DNA from: an uncultured Poribacteria bacterium
GTDB taxonomy: Bacteria; Poribacteria; WGA-4E; WGA-3G
Assembly (NCBI GenBank): GCA_951813565.1
Contig: OX638351.1
Span: forward strand, 1,248,001-1,312,000
Length of the DNA stretch: 64,000 nucleotides
Reading direction: 5' to 3'
Each line of letters begins with the position of its first letter. The stretch's first letter is position 1. A model generated the notes under the pieces. The model was not told the origin of the DNA, did no database searches, and was given only the letters and a program-made list of their open reading frames with translations. This document shows, one piece after another, positions 31,133 to 40,991 of the stretch. The translations under genes and the position numbers were made by a program.

Positions 31133-31510
31133 TTATTTCAACGGCTGCGATTCCTTTGAAACGCTATTTATGACTGCTAATGGAATAACCAACATACTAC
31201 TTACTGTGTTTCGCTGTTGAGCACCACTGTCAGTGACACCTGGAACCCTGTCAGTAGTGCTTTTAGAATCAGAACTATTTTTTTCAGATGCCTCCGGTTG
31301 CGCTGTGTCAGTGAATTCAATTTGTGGTGTTTCTACCTGCTTAATTTCTGAGGGTTTCTCCAAGCGCTGTATTTCTACGTTGGTATCGGTATCCTGTGGT
31401 TGGAGATATGCCATCTCATTTTGGAACCACAAATAACATCCAAGTGTGAAAATCAGGAGGAAGACAGTACCACCGAGTATCCAGTTGTCTATGGAAATTT
31501 CATTAAACAT
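31133..31510 (-). CDS. Small N-terminally anchored protein (GCYLWFQN family)
   Basis: TM segment then S/T/E-rich tail; aggag RBS. Confidence 0.7.
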   Translation of the reverse strand: MFNEISIDNWILGGTVFLLIFTLGCYLWFQNEMAYLQPQDTDTNVEIQRLEKPSEIKQVETPQIEFTDTAQPEASEKNSSDSKSTTDRVPGVTDSGAQQRNTVSSMLVIPLAVINSVSKESQPLK

Positions 31511-31686
31511 AATTTCTCCTATTTAATTTGTATGCTTTTGTGGCATTCATTAGATGATGAACCCATTGTATTAATTGTTTCGGTTAACATTTAGATGCGT
31601 GAAAAAACTTTATTTTCAGGAAAACTGAATCTTCTTAATCTTTAGATACTTAAGTAGCTTTCTACTTTTAGATCTCCTTATGATTA

Positions 31687-31847
31687 ACGTGAGTTTGATA
31701 AATAGTTAGAACTTCCACATTTCCTCTTAAAGTCCCTCTGATAAGGGGGATTTAGGGGGTTAAAAACGCCAAAATAACGATTTTTTCAGCAAATATGCCC
31801 GTTCTCTGTTCAATTTTTGCCTGTCCAGTTAATTATCAAACTCACGT
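31687..31847. mobile_element. IS982-derived MITE, 8-bp TSD TATGATTA
   Basis: Near-identical to 26837-27024; TSD at 31679-31686 and 31848-31855. Confidence 0.9.
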
Positions 31848-31855
31848 TATGATTA

Positions 31856-31885
31856 TAGACGCGTTTTTGAGGGCAAAAAGGTGCA
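31856..31885 (-). promoter_or_regulatory. ECF-type promoter TGCACC-N18-CGTCTA
   Basis: Motif match upstream of 31510, separated from it by the MITE. Confidence 0.6.
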
Positions 31886-32015
31886 TTTTTTCAAAAAACT
31901 ACATTTTTTTGGATAAACAGGTAATTTTGCGTAATTTCTTCCAAAGATGTATAAAAATTTAGGTTTGGGAACAGGTTGAAAACCAGTTTAAGATGATACT
32001 ATAACCGCAAACCTA

Positions 32016-32792
32016 TTAGTTGTTATCTTGTGCCATTAGCCTCTGTATATCCTCGGGTTTAATCACCTCATATCCGTTGTCAAGAGCATTCTGTGCCCAG
32101 GCCCGTATGCCTTTTGCCATTTCACTCATTCCTGCTGCTTCCATATTATCCGCTATTTTCACATATTCAGAAACGATAATTTCACCATTTGAGTTTACTA
32201 ATCTGTTACTCATTGTCATTAAATTCATGAAGAAATTGAAGGCTGGTTGGTCTTCTTCTTTTACCCCTTCTTGCATAATTTGGAACAATTCTGTTGTAAG
32301 TTGCTGCATTTCATGTCTCACTTCAGGGTCGCTTGAAGCGTCTACTTTCCCTCCCGCTTTTTCTGTCAATACTTTCATCTGCGCAAAGATTTCCTTTAGC
32401 CGTTTTTTGAGTTCGCGTTCCCTCAATTCTTCAGGTGAAAGGATTTCTTCTGCTTCTTCTATTGAAGTAGTTTCCTCATTCATGCCTTCTAAAGTAGAAT
32501 CGGTGTCAGTTTTTGTATTTTCTGTTTCTGTGCCAGTGGCTATATATGTGCCATCACCAATGTTTTTGGAAACAGGAATGCTTTCTACAGATTGCGCAGT
32601 TTCGTTCAGTTCTGCTTGTAAGTTTCCTGACTGTTGTGTTTCTGCAGATTTATCCAGTTGACTAATTGGTGCATACTTTTGCCGGAAGTTAGCCATGTCG
32701 TTTTGAAACCATAGATAACATCCGAGAGCGAAAATTAGGATAAAACCTATCCCTACGAAAAACCAGTTATTGATGAAAAATACTTTAAACAT
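32016..32792 (-). CDS. Membrane-anchored helical protein (GCYLWFQN family)
   Basis: Same N-terminal anchor; longer helical C-terminus. Confidence 0.75.
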   Translation of the reverse strand: MFKVFFINNWFFVGIGFILIFALGCYLWFQNDMANFRQKYAPISQLDKSAETQQSGNLQAELNETAQSVESIPVSKNIGDGTYIATGTETENTKTDTDSTLEGMNEETTSIEEAEEILSPEELRERELKKRLKEIFAQMKVLTEKAGGKVDASSDPEVRHEMQQLTTELFQIMQEGVKEEDQPAFNFFMNLMTMSNRLVNSNGEIIVSEYVKIADNMEAAGMSEMAKGIRAWAQNALDNGYEVIKPEDIQRLMAQDNN

Positions 32793-33039
32793 TTTTTTCT
32801 CCTTTTCTTGTCAATACAAGTAGACAAGTTTGGTAAATCGCTCCAAATATAAGTAGCCTTTGTAATTATAGATACATTTGTACAGAAAAGGATAGCATTT
32901 TTCAAAATGAAGGTGGTTTGAAACGTGAAGAAGGCGAGATTTATAATAAAAGGAGAGGATCGCGGATGTGGCACAAATCAACGTCGAATGCGTCAATAGC
33001 ATTCGACGTCAAGATAGGATTGATTTAGCAGTACCCATA

Positions 33040-36000
33040 CTAATTATCAAGTGAAAAACGTAGCACGCCCTGGCCATCCGTCCCGACATAGAGCGTGTTA
33101 TCATCAACAGCAAGACAGGTAACATGATGTGAGATTTTTGGCGTGACTTGCTGCCATGTGCCAATGTCCCTGTTAAATTGGTATATTTTCTGCTTAGATT
33201 CACCGTAAACCGTTGTGTCATTGACTGCTAATCTGTTCACAACGAGAGGTGTTCCTTCTGCATCAGTGAGTGTATGCCAGTCAGTGCCATTGCCTGACAA
33301 CACGACGCCTTTGTCGGTTGCCACATAGACAAAGTCTCCAGCGAAAACTATCGCTCTAAAACGGTCTACAGAAAATGGAAGATTGGCGGTGACATCGTTC
33401 CATGTGTTTCCCCCATCAACAGACTGCATGAGATGATCATCTTGTTTTCCGACGTAAACAGTATTTCCTGATACAGCAAGTTTAAAACCGATAGTTTCAG
33501 ACCAGTTGAGAGTAAAAAAAGAATTGTCATGACTATCACCTTCATCAAATATGCCTGTATCCAACCATTCAGAAAGACCAGGTTTCCATTTAAAGAGTTT
33601 GTGTATGTATTCCACATAGTACGTCTCCTCATTAAAAGCAAAACTACCAAGCATTGAAGTATAAAAACTTCCCATAATTGTTATTGGTCTTCTATGAGTA
33701 GTATTCATTTCATACAATTCTTCCATTGCTTTGTTTGGGTCATATACATTAAAGGCGGGTACTTTGGAAGCGTCAATGAGTCTATTATCTTTGGTAGATA
33801 AACGGTAAAACCGAGGTGTCCCAATTTTATCATCTCTCACATAGAGTTCCCCGTTAGATTCCGTCATACGCGTTAGATAACCTGTATCGCCAGGAATAGG
33901 TGTCCATGATTCTCCGCCATCAGTTGAACTGAGAAGTCCACTTGGCGTATGCGCGTAGAGGACACCGTTAACAGCAATCAATTCCTTAACATGTGTATTT
34001 ACGAATCCAGTATTGAATTGATGCCACGTTTTTCCGCCATCTGTGGTGCGGTAAATTCCGAATTTTCCAGATCTATAAAAAGTATTCTCATTTAACAATA
34101 CAGAAGCAAAAGCACTCCCCATATCGTTAGTATTGCCCAACGTTTTCCAAGTTTTACCTGTGTTCGTTGAATAGAAATGTTCCTTATCACTTACCACCAA
34201 CACCTGTTTTCCGGAGGCGGCAATATTGAGAAATATTCTAATGCTATGATTATAGGGTAATTCATTATCCTTCTCGCGCCGTGTAAATGTATTCAATAAT
34301 TTGCTCTTAGAAATGACTTTTTTCTCTATATTGTCCTGTGTCGGTGTTATAGGATCCCAGGAATCACCTTGATCGGTAGAACGGAATAGTGACCATCCTC
34401 CTAATGCTGTTTCCGTTGCTCTTCTTGTCAACCAAGAATCGAATCTCATTTTCGAAAAAATTCCAAATTTGAGTTTAGATTGACTCATATTTCTATTAGG
34501 TCTTGCGACATAGAGATTATCTTTTGAAGCTGCTAAAGTAAGTATAGGGTAAGTGTTATTTCTTCGATTTGTTTGATCGTAAAACAATTGTTCCCAAATA
34601 TCTCCATTGAGGCGATAGAGCCCTTTATAGGTGCCGACAAAGACGGTATTTTCAATTGCGGTGATTGCGCGAATTTTCCTGTCTTTTATACCTTCGGGCA
34701 ACGGTGTCCACGATTTACCCGCATTATCTGATCGGAATACTCCTTTTTCATAAGCAAGGTAGATTGTCATATCGCTTTGTCCACCTGGTATTTTATCCGT
34801 GATTACCATGCCAACAAGTTCACCTTTTATACATTCACAAAAAACTTTCCAAGTTTCACCTCCATCTGTAGAAGCAAAAATCTCTTTATCAACAGCGCGG
34901 TAGAGTATATTCTGCCACTCTGCCACGTGCCGGAATACATTCCTTGCTGTTAGTGCATCACGGATGGAATATTTGATGGTGTTTATGAGTTTCCACGACT
35001 GCCCATCATCTGTGAGTCTGTAGAGACCGTTTTTTGACGTTGCATACACGTCACCGTGGTTTGTTGTGAAGAGAGTACCAACTGCACCACCTTCTGGTCC
35101 TTTTACATCACTCCATTGCCGAAGCGGTTCTGATATTTCATCTTCTTCCACTTGTGCTGCAGCAAGCAGTGGTGTGTCCGACTCCTGTCCCGCACCGTTA
35201 CTTTTACTGGGGACATTTACACTGCCAATTTGTGCGCGCACCGCTGGTTTTGCTGGTGTGTCAATGACGAGTTGTGTATCTGTTATTTCAATTGTAGGTT
35301 CCGATTGTGCATTTAAGCTATACGGCTTCTGAAAATGATTTAAGTATTGCGTGCCAGCTCCCATCAGCAATAGGACTAAAACGGCAGCGGCTGCAGATAT
35401 TGCTAATGGTACCAGTGGTTTGTTTCCAGAGGGTGCCGCAGGATTAGAACGCGAAATTTCTTTCATGGTGTTTTCTGTTAATTGTGTAGGCAGTTGGAAA
35501 CTGCTAAGGTTTTCTTTAATCATGTTTTCCTCCTTTTTCAATCGGTTGCGTGCGCGATGAAGTCTACTGCGAACCGTGTTAGGAGATACACCCAAAAACT
35601 TGCCAATATCCTCACATGTCATTTCTGCGATGTAATACAGATTTACGATTGTGCGGTCACTCTCTTGCAGCTTGCTGAGTAGTTTCTGCACTATTGCTCG
35701 CCGTTTTTTGCTTACTGCTTCTTCACGTTGGCGTGTCATATACTCTGAATAATACACCTCCTCTAATTCAATGGGATCAGTTGCTTCTAACGACTGTAGA
35801 GCGAGTTTTTTCTTACGATGCCAATTCTTGCACTTATTGTTGGTAATGACATAGAGCCATCCTGCAAACTGACTGTGATGAGTAAGCGTCGCGAGCTTAT
35901 GATACGCTGTTAGAAAAGCGTCCTGTGCAATTTCTTGCGCAGTGTGAAAATCGCCAATTTTCTGCCATGCTAACGCGTGTATCTGTTTTTGGTATTTTTC

Positions 36001-36072
36001 CACAAGCGCAGTAAAAGCTTGTTGATCACCTTCTAAGGTTCGTTGGATCAGGTCAGCATCACTGTTTTTCAT
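33040..36072 (-). CDS. ECF sigma-70 factor-TM-BNR/Asp-box beta-propeller fusion
   Basis: ECF regions 2 and 4; TM; repeated STDGGETW-type motifs. Confidence 0.9.
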   Translation of the reverse strand: MKNSDADLIQRTLEGDQQAFTALVEKYQKQIHALAWQKIGDFHTAQEIAQDAFLTAYHKLATLTHHSQFAGWLYVITNNKCKNWHRKKKLALQSLEATDPIELEEVYYSEYMTRQREEAVSKKRRAIVQKLLSKLQESDRTIVNLYYIAEMTCEDIGKFLGVSPNTVRSRLHRARNRLKKEENMIKENLSSFQLPTQLTENTMKEISRSNPAAPSGNKPLVPLAISAAAAVLVLLLMGAGTQYLNHFQKPYSLNAQSEPTIEITDTQLVIDTPAKPAVRAQIGSVNVPSKSNGAGQESDTPLLAAAQVEEDEISEPLRQWSDVKGPEGGAVGTLFTTNHGDVYATSKNGLYRLTDDGQSWKLINTIKYSIRDALTARNVFRHVAEWQNILYRAVDKEIFASTDGGETWKVFCECIKGELVGMVITDKIPGGQSDMTIYLAYEKGVFRSDNAGKSWTPLPEGIKDRKIRAITAIENTVFVGTYKGLYRLNGDIWEQLFYDQTNRRNNTYPILTLAASKDNLYVARPNRNMSQSKLKFGIFSKMRFDSWLTRRATETALGGWSLFRSTDQGDSWDPITPTQDNIEKKVISKSKLLNTFTRREKDNELPYNHSIRIFLNIAASGKQVLVVSDKEHFYSTNTGKTWKTLGNTNDMGSAFASVLLNENTFYRSGKFGIYRTTDGGKTWHQFNTGFVNTHVKELIAVNGVLYAHTPSGLLSSTDGGESWTPIPGDTGYLTRMTESNGELYVRDDKIGTPRFYRLSTKDNRLIDASKVPAFNVYDPNKAMEELYEMNTTHRRPITIMGSFYTSMLGSFAFNEETYYVEYIHKLFKWKPGLSEWLDTGIFDEGDSHDNSFFTLNWSETIGFKLAVSGNTVYVGKQDDHLMQSVDGGNTWNDVTANLPFSVDRFRAIVFAGDFVYVATDKGVVLSGNGTDWHTLTDAEGTPLVVNRLAVNDTTVYGESKQKIYQFNRDIGTWQQVTPKISHHVTCLAVDDNTLYVGTDGQGVLRFSLDN

Positions 36073-36107
36073 CGCACACCTCAAAAACAAATTGATCTTT
36101 TAACATA

Positions 36108-36136
36108 TAGACACAATTCGGAGGTCAATAATTGCA
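36108..36136 (-). promoter_or_regulatory. ECF-type promoter TGCAAT-N17-TGTCTA (putative autoregulatory)
   Basis: About 35 nt upstream of the ECF start codon. Confidence 0.6.
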
Positions 36137-36276
36137 CTTTTCTGGAAAAAAATGCAATTATTAAAAAGAAAATGATTTTTCTTGAAAAAGAATGGAAAAA
36201 TGGTGGGACAAGGAAAAAAATTGGTGTTTTTAATGTGGGAAAGAAATTGTTATTGTGCTAAACGAGTGCTATAATT

Positions 36277-37005
36277 TCAATGGGTAAGCGTGTAGACAAT
36301 TGTGTTAATCCCCAATTTGAATGCCATATCGGAAAATTTACGCGGATAAAACGATTCTGCAGCATTCTGCCAAGCATCCCCTAAATCTGTATTAAAGTTA
36401 ATCATCATCATTAGCCTACCTTTATCATCAAACACACCCATACATTTCACTTGATAACCATCCTTTTCATGTGTTCTTCCGCTCCTGTAGGCAGCTGGTG
36501 CGGGGATTTGCATCAGTTTATCAATCTTAAAGAAGCATCGAAAAAGAGGATGTGTCATCGGAATATCTATGGGTTCGCGTTTGGGAAAGATTTTTTTGTA
36601 CTGTTTATAGAACCTTCTCCACTGTTCTGTGCCGTGAAAGTCATCTGTCATGATAAATCCGCCACGCAAAAGATACTCGCGAAGATTTTCAGCTTCTGCT
36701 TTGGAAAGGTTAAGTCGTCCTAATTCTGCTATATATGCAAACGGATAGTCAAAAATTTCAGGTGAACCCACTTCAACAACTTTTTCCTGAGGACTCGCCT
36801 TAATGTCTGTATGTTTGCGAAGTTGAATAAGTAAGTTTCGTTCTGCCGCCGGGTAATCTATATGCCACAAACTCTTATGCCGAAAACTCCCACTATATTT
36901 CAAACGGACAAATGTGAAATCATATTCAATATCTTTACTCATCGAAAGCGGGATGATGAACAATATCAATAGGATAATTGTTATGTAGCCTTTTTTATAT
37001 TTCAT
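36277..37005 (-). CDS. DUF4159 family protein (paralog of 3599-4339)
   Basis: LREYLLRGGF, NTDLGDAW, YTLTH. Confidence 0.9.
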   Translation of the reverse strand: MKYKKGYITIILLILFIIPLSMSKDIEYDFTFVRLKYSGSFRHKSLWHIDYPAAERNLLIQLRKHTDIKASPQEKVVEVGSPEIFDYPFAYIAELGRLNLSKAEAENLREYLLRGGFIMTDDFHGTEQWRRFYKQYKKIFPKREPIDIPMTHPLFRCFFKIDKLMQIPAPAAYRSGRTHEKDGYQVKCMGVFDDKGRLMMMINFNTDLGDAWQNAAESFYPRKFSDMAFKLGINTIVYTLTH

Positions 37006-37120
37006 GGACTTACCAACCTATTGGTTTTAGATGTTTTAGGGTTAGGCTTATGCCGATTTTTTTCGCGTCTTTAGTGATGCAGAATCAATTTGGAGTACAA
37101 TTCTAATTTCGTAAGCTCTT

Positions 37121-37190
37121 ATATTATATTATATTATATTATATTATATTGTATTGTATTGTATTGTATTGTATTGTATTGTATTGTATT
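37121..37190. repeat. Pentanucleotide microsatellite (ATATT)6(GTATT)8
   Basis: Counted directly. Confidence 0.95.
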
Positions 37191-37344
37191 ATAACACAAA
37201 AACCAGAAAAGGTAAACCCTATTATAGCAGTTGGGTGTGTAAAGTTTTTGTAGAAACCCGCCCTACAGTGGAAAACGCCGCGTAACCATTGCAAATTGAA
37301 CCTATATAACCAAATATTTACACACCCCTTATTCCCTATTTTAT

Positions 37345-37374
37345 TTGACAAACAAATAATGACTAAAGTATAAT
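37345..37374 (+). promoter_or_regulatory. Consensus sigma70 promoter TTGACA-N18-TATAAT
   Basis: Perfect hexamers upstream of 37707. Confidence 0.7.
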
Positions 37375-37401
37375 GTAAAGCATTGTATTTCTATTATTCT
37401 A

Positions 37402-37553
37402 ACCCAAGTTGCTACCTATATCGCGAATGCTCTTGTAGGAGGGGTTTCTAACCCCGATTTAGAAAAGAAAGCATAAGAATTAGCTGGAAATCCTTGTTTT
37501 TCAGTAAAAAGCAATGTCTGCAAGCTTGAAATCTTGTCCGTAGCAACTTAGGT
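37402..37553. mobile_element. Second IS982-type MITE family (ACCCAAGTTGCTAC TIR), TSD TATTCTA
   Basis: acccaagttgctac / gtagcaacttaggt; TSD at 37395-37401 and 37554-37560; related ends in inverted orientation at ~47577-47836. Confidence 0.8.
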
Positions 37554-37706
37554 TATTCTAATTACTTGAGCGGACTAATCAATAGATAAACCCATTGCTG
37601 AATCTATTTAAAAACAAAATATCTTAAATTCTGATAGAAGAATTGATGGATTCGTGTTTCTCACATCACTCTGTATAAAGAAATAAAAAAAAACAGATTT
37701 ACAATA

Positions 37707-38432
37707 ATGAATAACGACCAAATAAAATTCAAAAAGGTGTTTAAGATTGCGTTTGCATTACTTCTCTCAATTTCTTTTATTTTCCCAGCATTTAGCCAGT
37801 TTGCAGATTTACCACACGATGCGAAAACAGTAGATTTCGGGATTTCTGGAGACAGTGGTTCGCAAACACTTTCTTTAACCGCAGTCCTACCATTGAAAAA
37901 CATAAACGGTTGGGGAGGTATCTTTGGTTCGCAGGCTTCAGGTGAAGACGGTGTGGATTCTGAAATTATCAAGGTACATCTACAGGGTGGGATGCGTATT
38001 AACAAATTTGGAATCGAAGCATTTACAGACTTAGAACGTAACATTATTAAAGGAAGTGCCTTGACCTCGCAGATTGGGAGTTATATTCGACCAGGGATAT
38101 ATGAAAATGGTACACTTCGCATTTCTGGCGGTATTGGTTACTTTATTGAGAATATTCAACCTTACAAAGACCTTACAATAAGAAAATTTGATCCTACTTC
38201 ATTTCGATGGTTAGCGTTTTCTTCTGTAGGTTGGAAAAAACTGAATGCCGTATTGAAATTTACACCGGAAGTAGGCTTTAAGAATTATAGGTTTTCGGCA
38301 GAACCTGCTCTTACTTTTAACCTTACAACTCGACTCGGATTGCGTTTGAGTGGATCCTTAACATACAATAGCGCACCATTAACCGAGAATTTGCACTACA
38401 AATATCTATCAATTTTGCGAGTCACGCTATAG
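37707..38432 (+). CDS. Putative outer-membrane beta-barrel protein (DUF481-like)
   Basis: Signal peptide; alternating amphipathic strands to the C-terminus. Confidence 0.55.
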   Translation: MNNDQIKFKKVFKIAFALLLSISFIFPAFSQFADLPHDAKTVDFGISGDSGSQTLSLTAVLPLKNINGWGGIFGSQASGEDGVDSEIIKVHLQGGMRINKFGIEAFTDLERNIIKGSALTSQIGSYIRPGIYENGTLRISGGIGYFIENIQPYKDLTIRKFDPTSFRWLAFSSVGWKKLNAVLKFTPEVGFKNYRFSAEPALTFNLTTRLGLRLSGSLTYNSAPLTENLHYKYLSILRVTL

Positions 38433-38563
38433 CGGTTACATTGATGCTTGAATATTCTACAAACAGTGTAATGATATTGGATTGGTGTTCAATTTTTTGG
38501 ATGAGCAATATTCGAAGAACATCTATTTAATGAATATTTTTCTAAAATGAAGGAAATCAAATA

Positions 38564-40969
38564 ATGCTTTCAAAATTGGGACAACAATATCGATCCAGAT
38601 TTGGTGGTAATAATCCGTCTAATCAACAACATGGACACGGTTTTGGTACTGCTCCTGTCTTCCTTGCTTCAATCAGTACAATTCTTGGAGCAATTCTTTT
38701 TTTACGTTTTGGTTACGCTGTAGGGAATGTAGGATTCTTAAAAACACTTGCCATTATTGTGCTTGGACATCTTGTGACTATTCCGACTGTTTTGGCTGTA
38801 TCTGAGATCGCAACGAACCGGCGTGTTGCTGGTGGTGGTGCATACTACATTGTAAGCCGATCATTCGGTACAAGTATCGGTGGGACAATTGGTTGCGCCT
38901 TATATCTTTCGCAAGCGATTTCAATAGCGTTCTATATGGTAGCGTTCGCGGAGGCTTTTGAACCTGTTTTGAGTTGGATAGCGGACTATATATCGAGCTA
39001 CTATCAAGATATTGATAATTCAAATCCAAGCGATCCTATCAATATCAACGCACGTTGGCTCAGCATTCCTTGCACTATCATACTTATCGTAATTATGTTG
39101 TCTAAAGGTGCGAATATTGGGGTGTCAATGTTGTGGGGCATCTGCGCGATTCTTGCAGTATCACTTATCGCTTTTTTTATGGGCGGACCGCCAGAGACCA
39201 TAGATACTTTGCCCGAAGTCATAGGTAAGACTCCCGAAGTTATGGAGGTTCCGCCCGAAGTCGTAGATAAGGCGACCGAAGAAACACGTTTGATAGGTTC
39301 AAGTATCACAGCAAGTGTCCCAAATGGCGATCCTTTTGGCAAGGTTTTCGCTATCTGTTTTCCGGCATTCACAGGAATGATTGCTGGTTTAGGATTATCT
39401 GGTGATCTGAGAAACCCGCAACGCAGTATCCCTCTTGGTACTATCACCGCAACGCTTGCAGGTATGGTCGTTTATGTTCTTGTTGCTATTAAACTGTGGC
39501 AGAGTGCCACACCAGCGGATCTTGCTGACCCAAACAAAATCATTATGGCAGACATATCCGCTTGGCGACCAGCAATTTTTATCGGCTTAGGCGCAGCATC
39601 ATTTTCATCCGCACTTGGTTCAATTATGGTAGCTCCCAGAACGTTACAGGCACTTGCCAGGGACAATGTTCTACCAATTCCAGGTCTGAACCGGCTGATG
39701 CGAACAGGTGTAGGAAAATCACAGGAACCGGTGCCAGCCACTTTTGTGTCAGGTGCTATCGCGGTGGTGTTTGTCGCCATAGGTGAGCTAAACTTCATTG
39801 CCCAGATTCTGACGATGTTCTTTTTGGTGACTTACGGTGCACTATGTGTTGTTTCGTTCCTTGAACATTTTGCAGGCAATCCGTCCTACCGTCCGACATT
39901 TCATTCCCGCTGGTATGTATCCTTATTAGGCACTGTTATGTGCGGGTTGATGATGTTTCAGATAAATGTGTTTTACGCATTCCTCTCAATTTTTCTCATA
40001 TTAGCAATTTACATCGGCCTCCGCCGTGGACACCGTGAACAGCGTGGTATGATAGGAATTTTTCAAGGCGCGATGTTCCAGTTAACCCGTTGGCTGCAGA
40101 CCACCTTACAGAAAAATAGGGCAAATTTCTCGGAAAGTGGTTGGCGCCCTTCAATTGTTGGCATCACCCAATTCGGTGAACGTAGGCTTGGGCATTTCGA
40201 TCTACTGCGTTGGCTCTGCCATCGACAGGGATTCGGACAATTTATCCAATTTTTTCCCGGAGATTATTCGTTCCCTGAAGAAATTTCCGCGCGTATTCAT
40301 GTTGATGCGCTGATCCAACAATCGGAGGCGAGTCGTGCGGGTATTTTTGTAGATTCCCTAATTTGTCCGACTTTCCAACTTGCTTTGGCACAGGTGCTGC
40401 AGATGCCTGGAATTTCTGGCTTACCCAATAATACTATCCTACTCGAATTTGATCATAATCACCCAGAAGAAATTCCGGAGGTTCAGCAAGGTGCAAGTCT
40501 TGCTGTGGAATCGCTATTTAACGTTCTGATTCTACGATCAACTAAACACCGCTTTGGCTATAGATCGTCAATTCATGTTTGGGTAACAGATGACAATTTA
40601 GCCAATGTTCCAATGATGTTGTTGCTTGCTTATATTCTGGTGGGACATTCGGAATGGAAGCGGGCAAAAATCCGCCTTTTTGCATGTTCTACTTCTTGGG
40701 ATACTGAACTTGATGCCGATGAACTCTCAACGGTCATCAAAGAAGGAAGACTGCCTATTTCAATGCAGAATGTAACATCTGTGTCTTATGAAAGTGAAGA
40801 AGCATTGGAGCAAGAAGTAACACACAGATCCGCACAGGCAGATTTAGTTATCACGGGATTAACTATAGAGGATATAAATTCCGGCGACTTAGATCGCGTG
40901 CTGCAACGATACCAAGGGGTGAATGACGTGTTGTTTGTCCACTCAATTGAGCCGATATCGATTGATTGA
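38564..40969 (+). CDS. Cation-chloride cotransporter (SLC12/CCC, APC superfamily)
   Basis: ILGAILFLRFG, SEIATN, GGGAYYIVSRSFG, FPAFTG, SGDLRNPQRSIPLGT, WRP. Confidence 0.9.
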   Translation: MLSKLGQQYRSRFGGNNPSNQQHGHGFGTAPVFLASISTILGAILFLRFGYAVGNVGFLKTLAIIVLGHLVTIPTVLAVSEIATNRRVAGGGAYYIVSRSFGTSIGGTIGCALYLSQAISIAFYMVAFAEAFEPVLSWIADYISSYYQDIDNSNPSDPININARWLSIPCTIILIVIMLSKGANIGVSMLWGICAILAVSLIAFFMGGPPETIDTLPEVIGKTPEVMEVPPEVVDKATEETRLIGSSITASVPNGDPFGKVFAICFPAFTGMIAGLGLSGDLRNPQRSIPLGTITATLAGMVVYVLVAIKLWQSATPADLADPNKIIMADISAWRPAIFIGLGAASFSSALGSIMVAPRTLQALARDNVLPIPGLNRLMRTGVGKSQEPVPATFVSGAIAVVFVAIGELNFIAQILTMFFLVTYGALCVVSFLEHFAGNPSYRPTFHSRWYVSLLGTVMCGLMMFQINVFYAFLSIFLILAIYIGLRRGHREQRGMIGIFQGAMFQLTRWLQTTLQKNRANFSESGWRPSIVGITQFGERRLGHFDLLRWLCHRQGFGQFIQFFPGDYSFPEEISARIHVDALIQQSEASRAGIFVDSLICPTFQLALAQVLQMPGISGLPNNTILLEFDHNHPEEIPEVQQGASLAVESLFNVLILRSTKHRFGYRSSIHVWVTDDNLANVPMMLLLAYILVGHSEWKRAKIRLFACSTSWDTELDADELSTVIKEGRLPISMQNVTSVSYESEEALEQEVTHRSAQADLVITGLTIEDINSGDLDRVLQRYQGVNDVLFVHSIEPISID

Positions 40970-40991
40970 GGGTATGGGTTGGTAGTATCAG

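Noticed and set aside
32020..32661. 213-aa plus-strand ORF (also 29491-30012)
   Set aside because: Antisense to well-supported genes; no recognisable motif
37139..37351. ORF ending IQYNTIQYNT
   Set aside because: Artefact of the microsatellite
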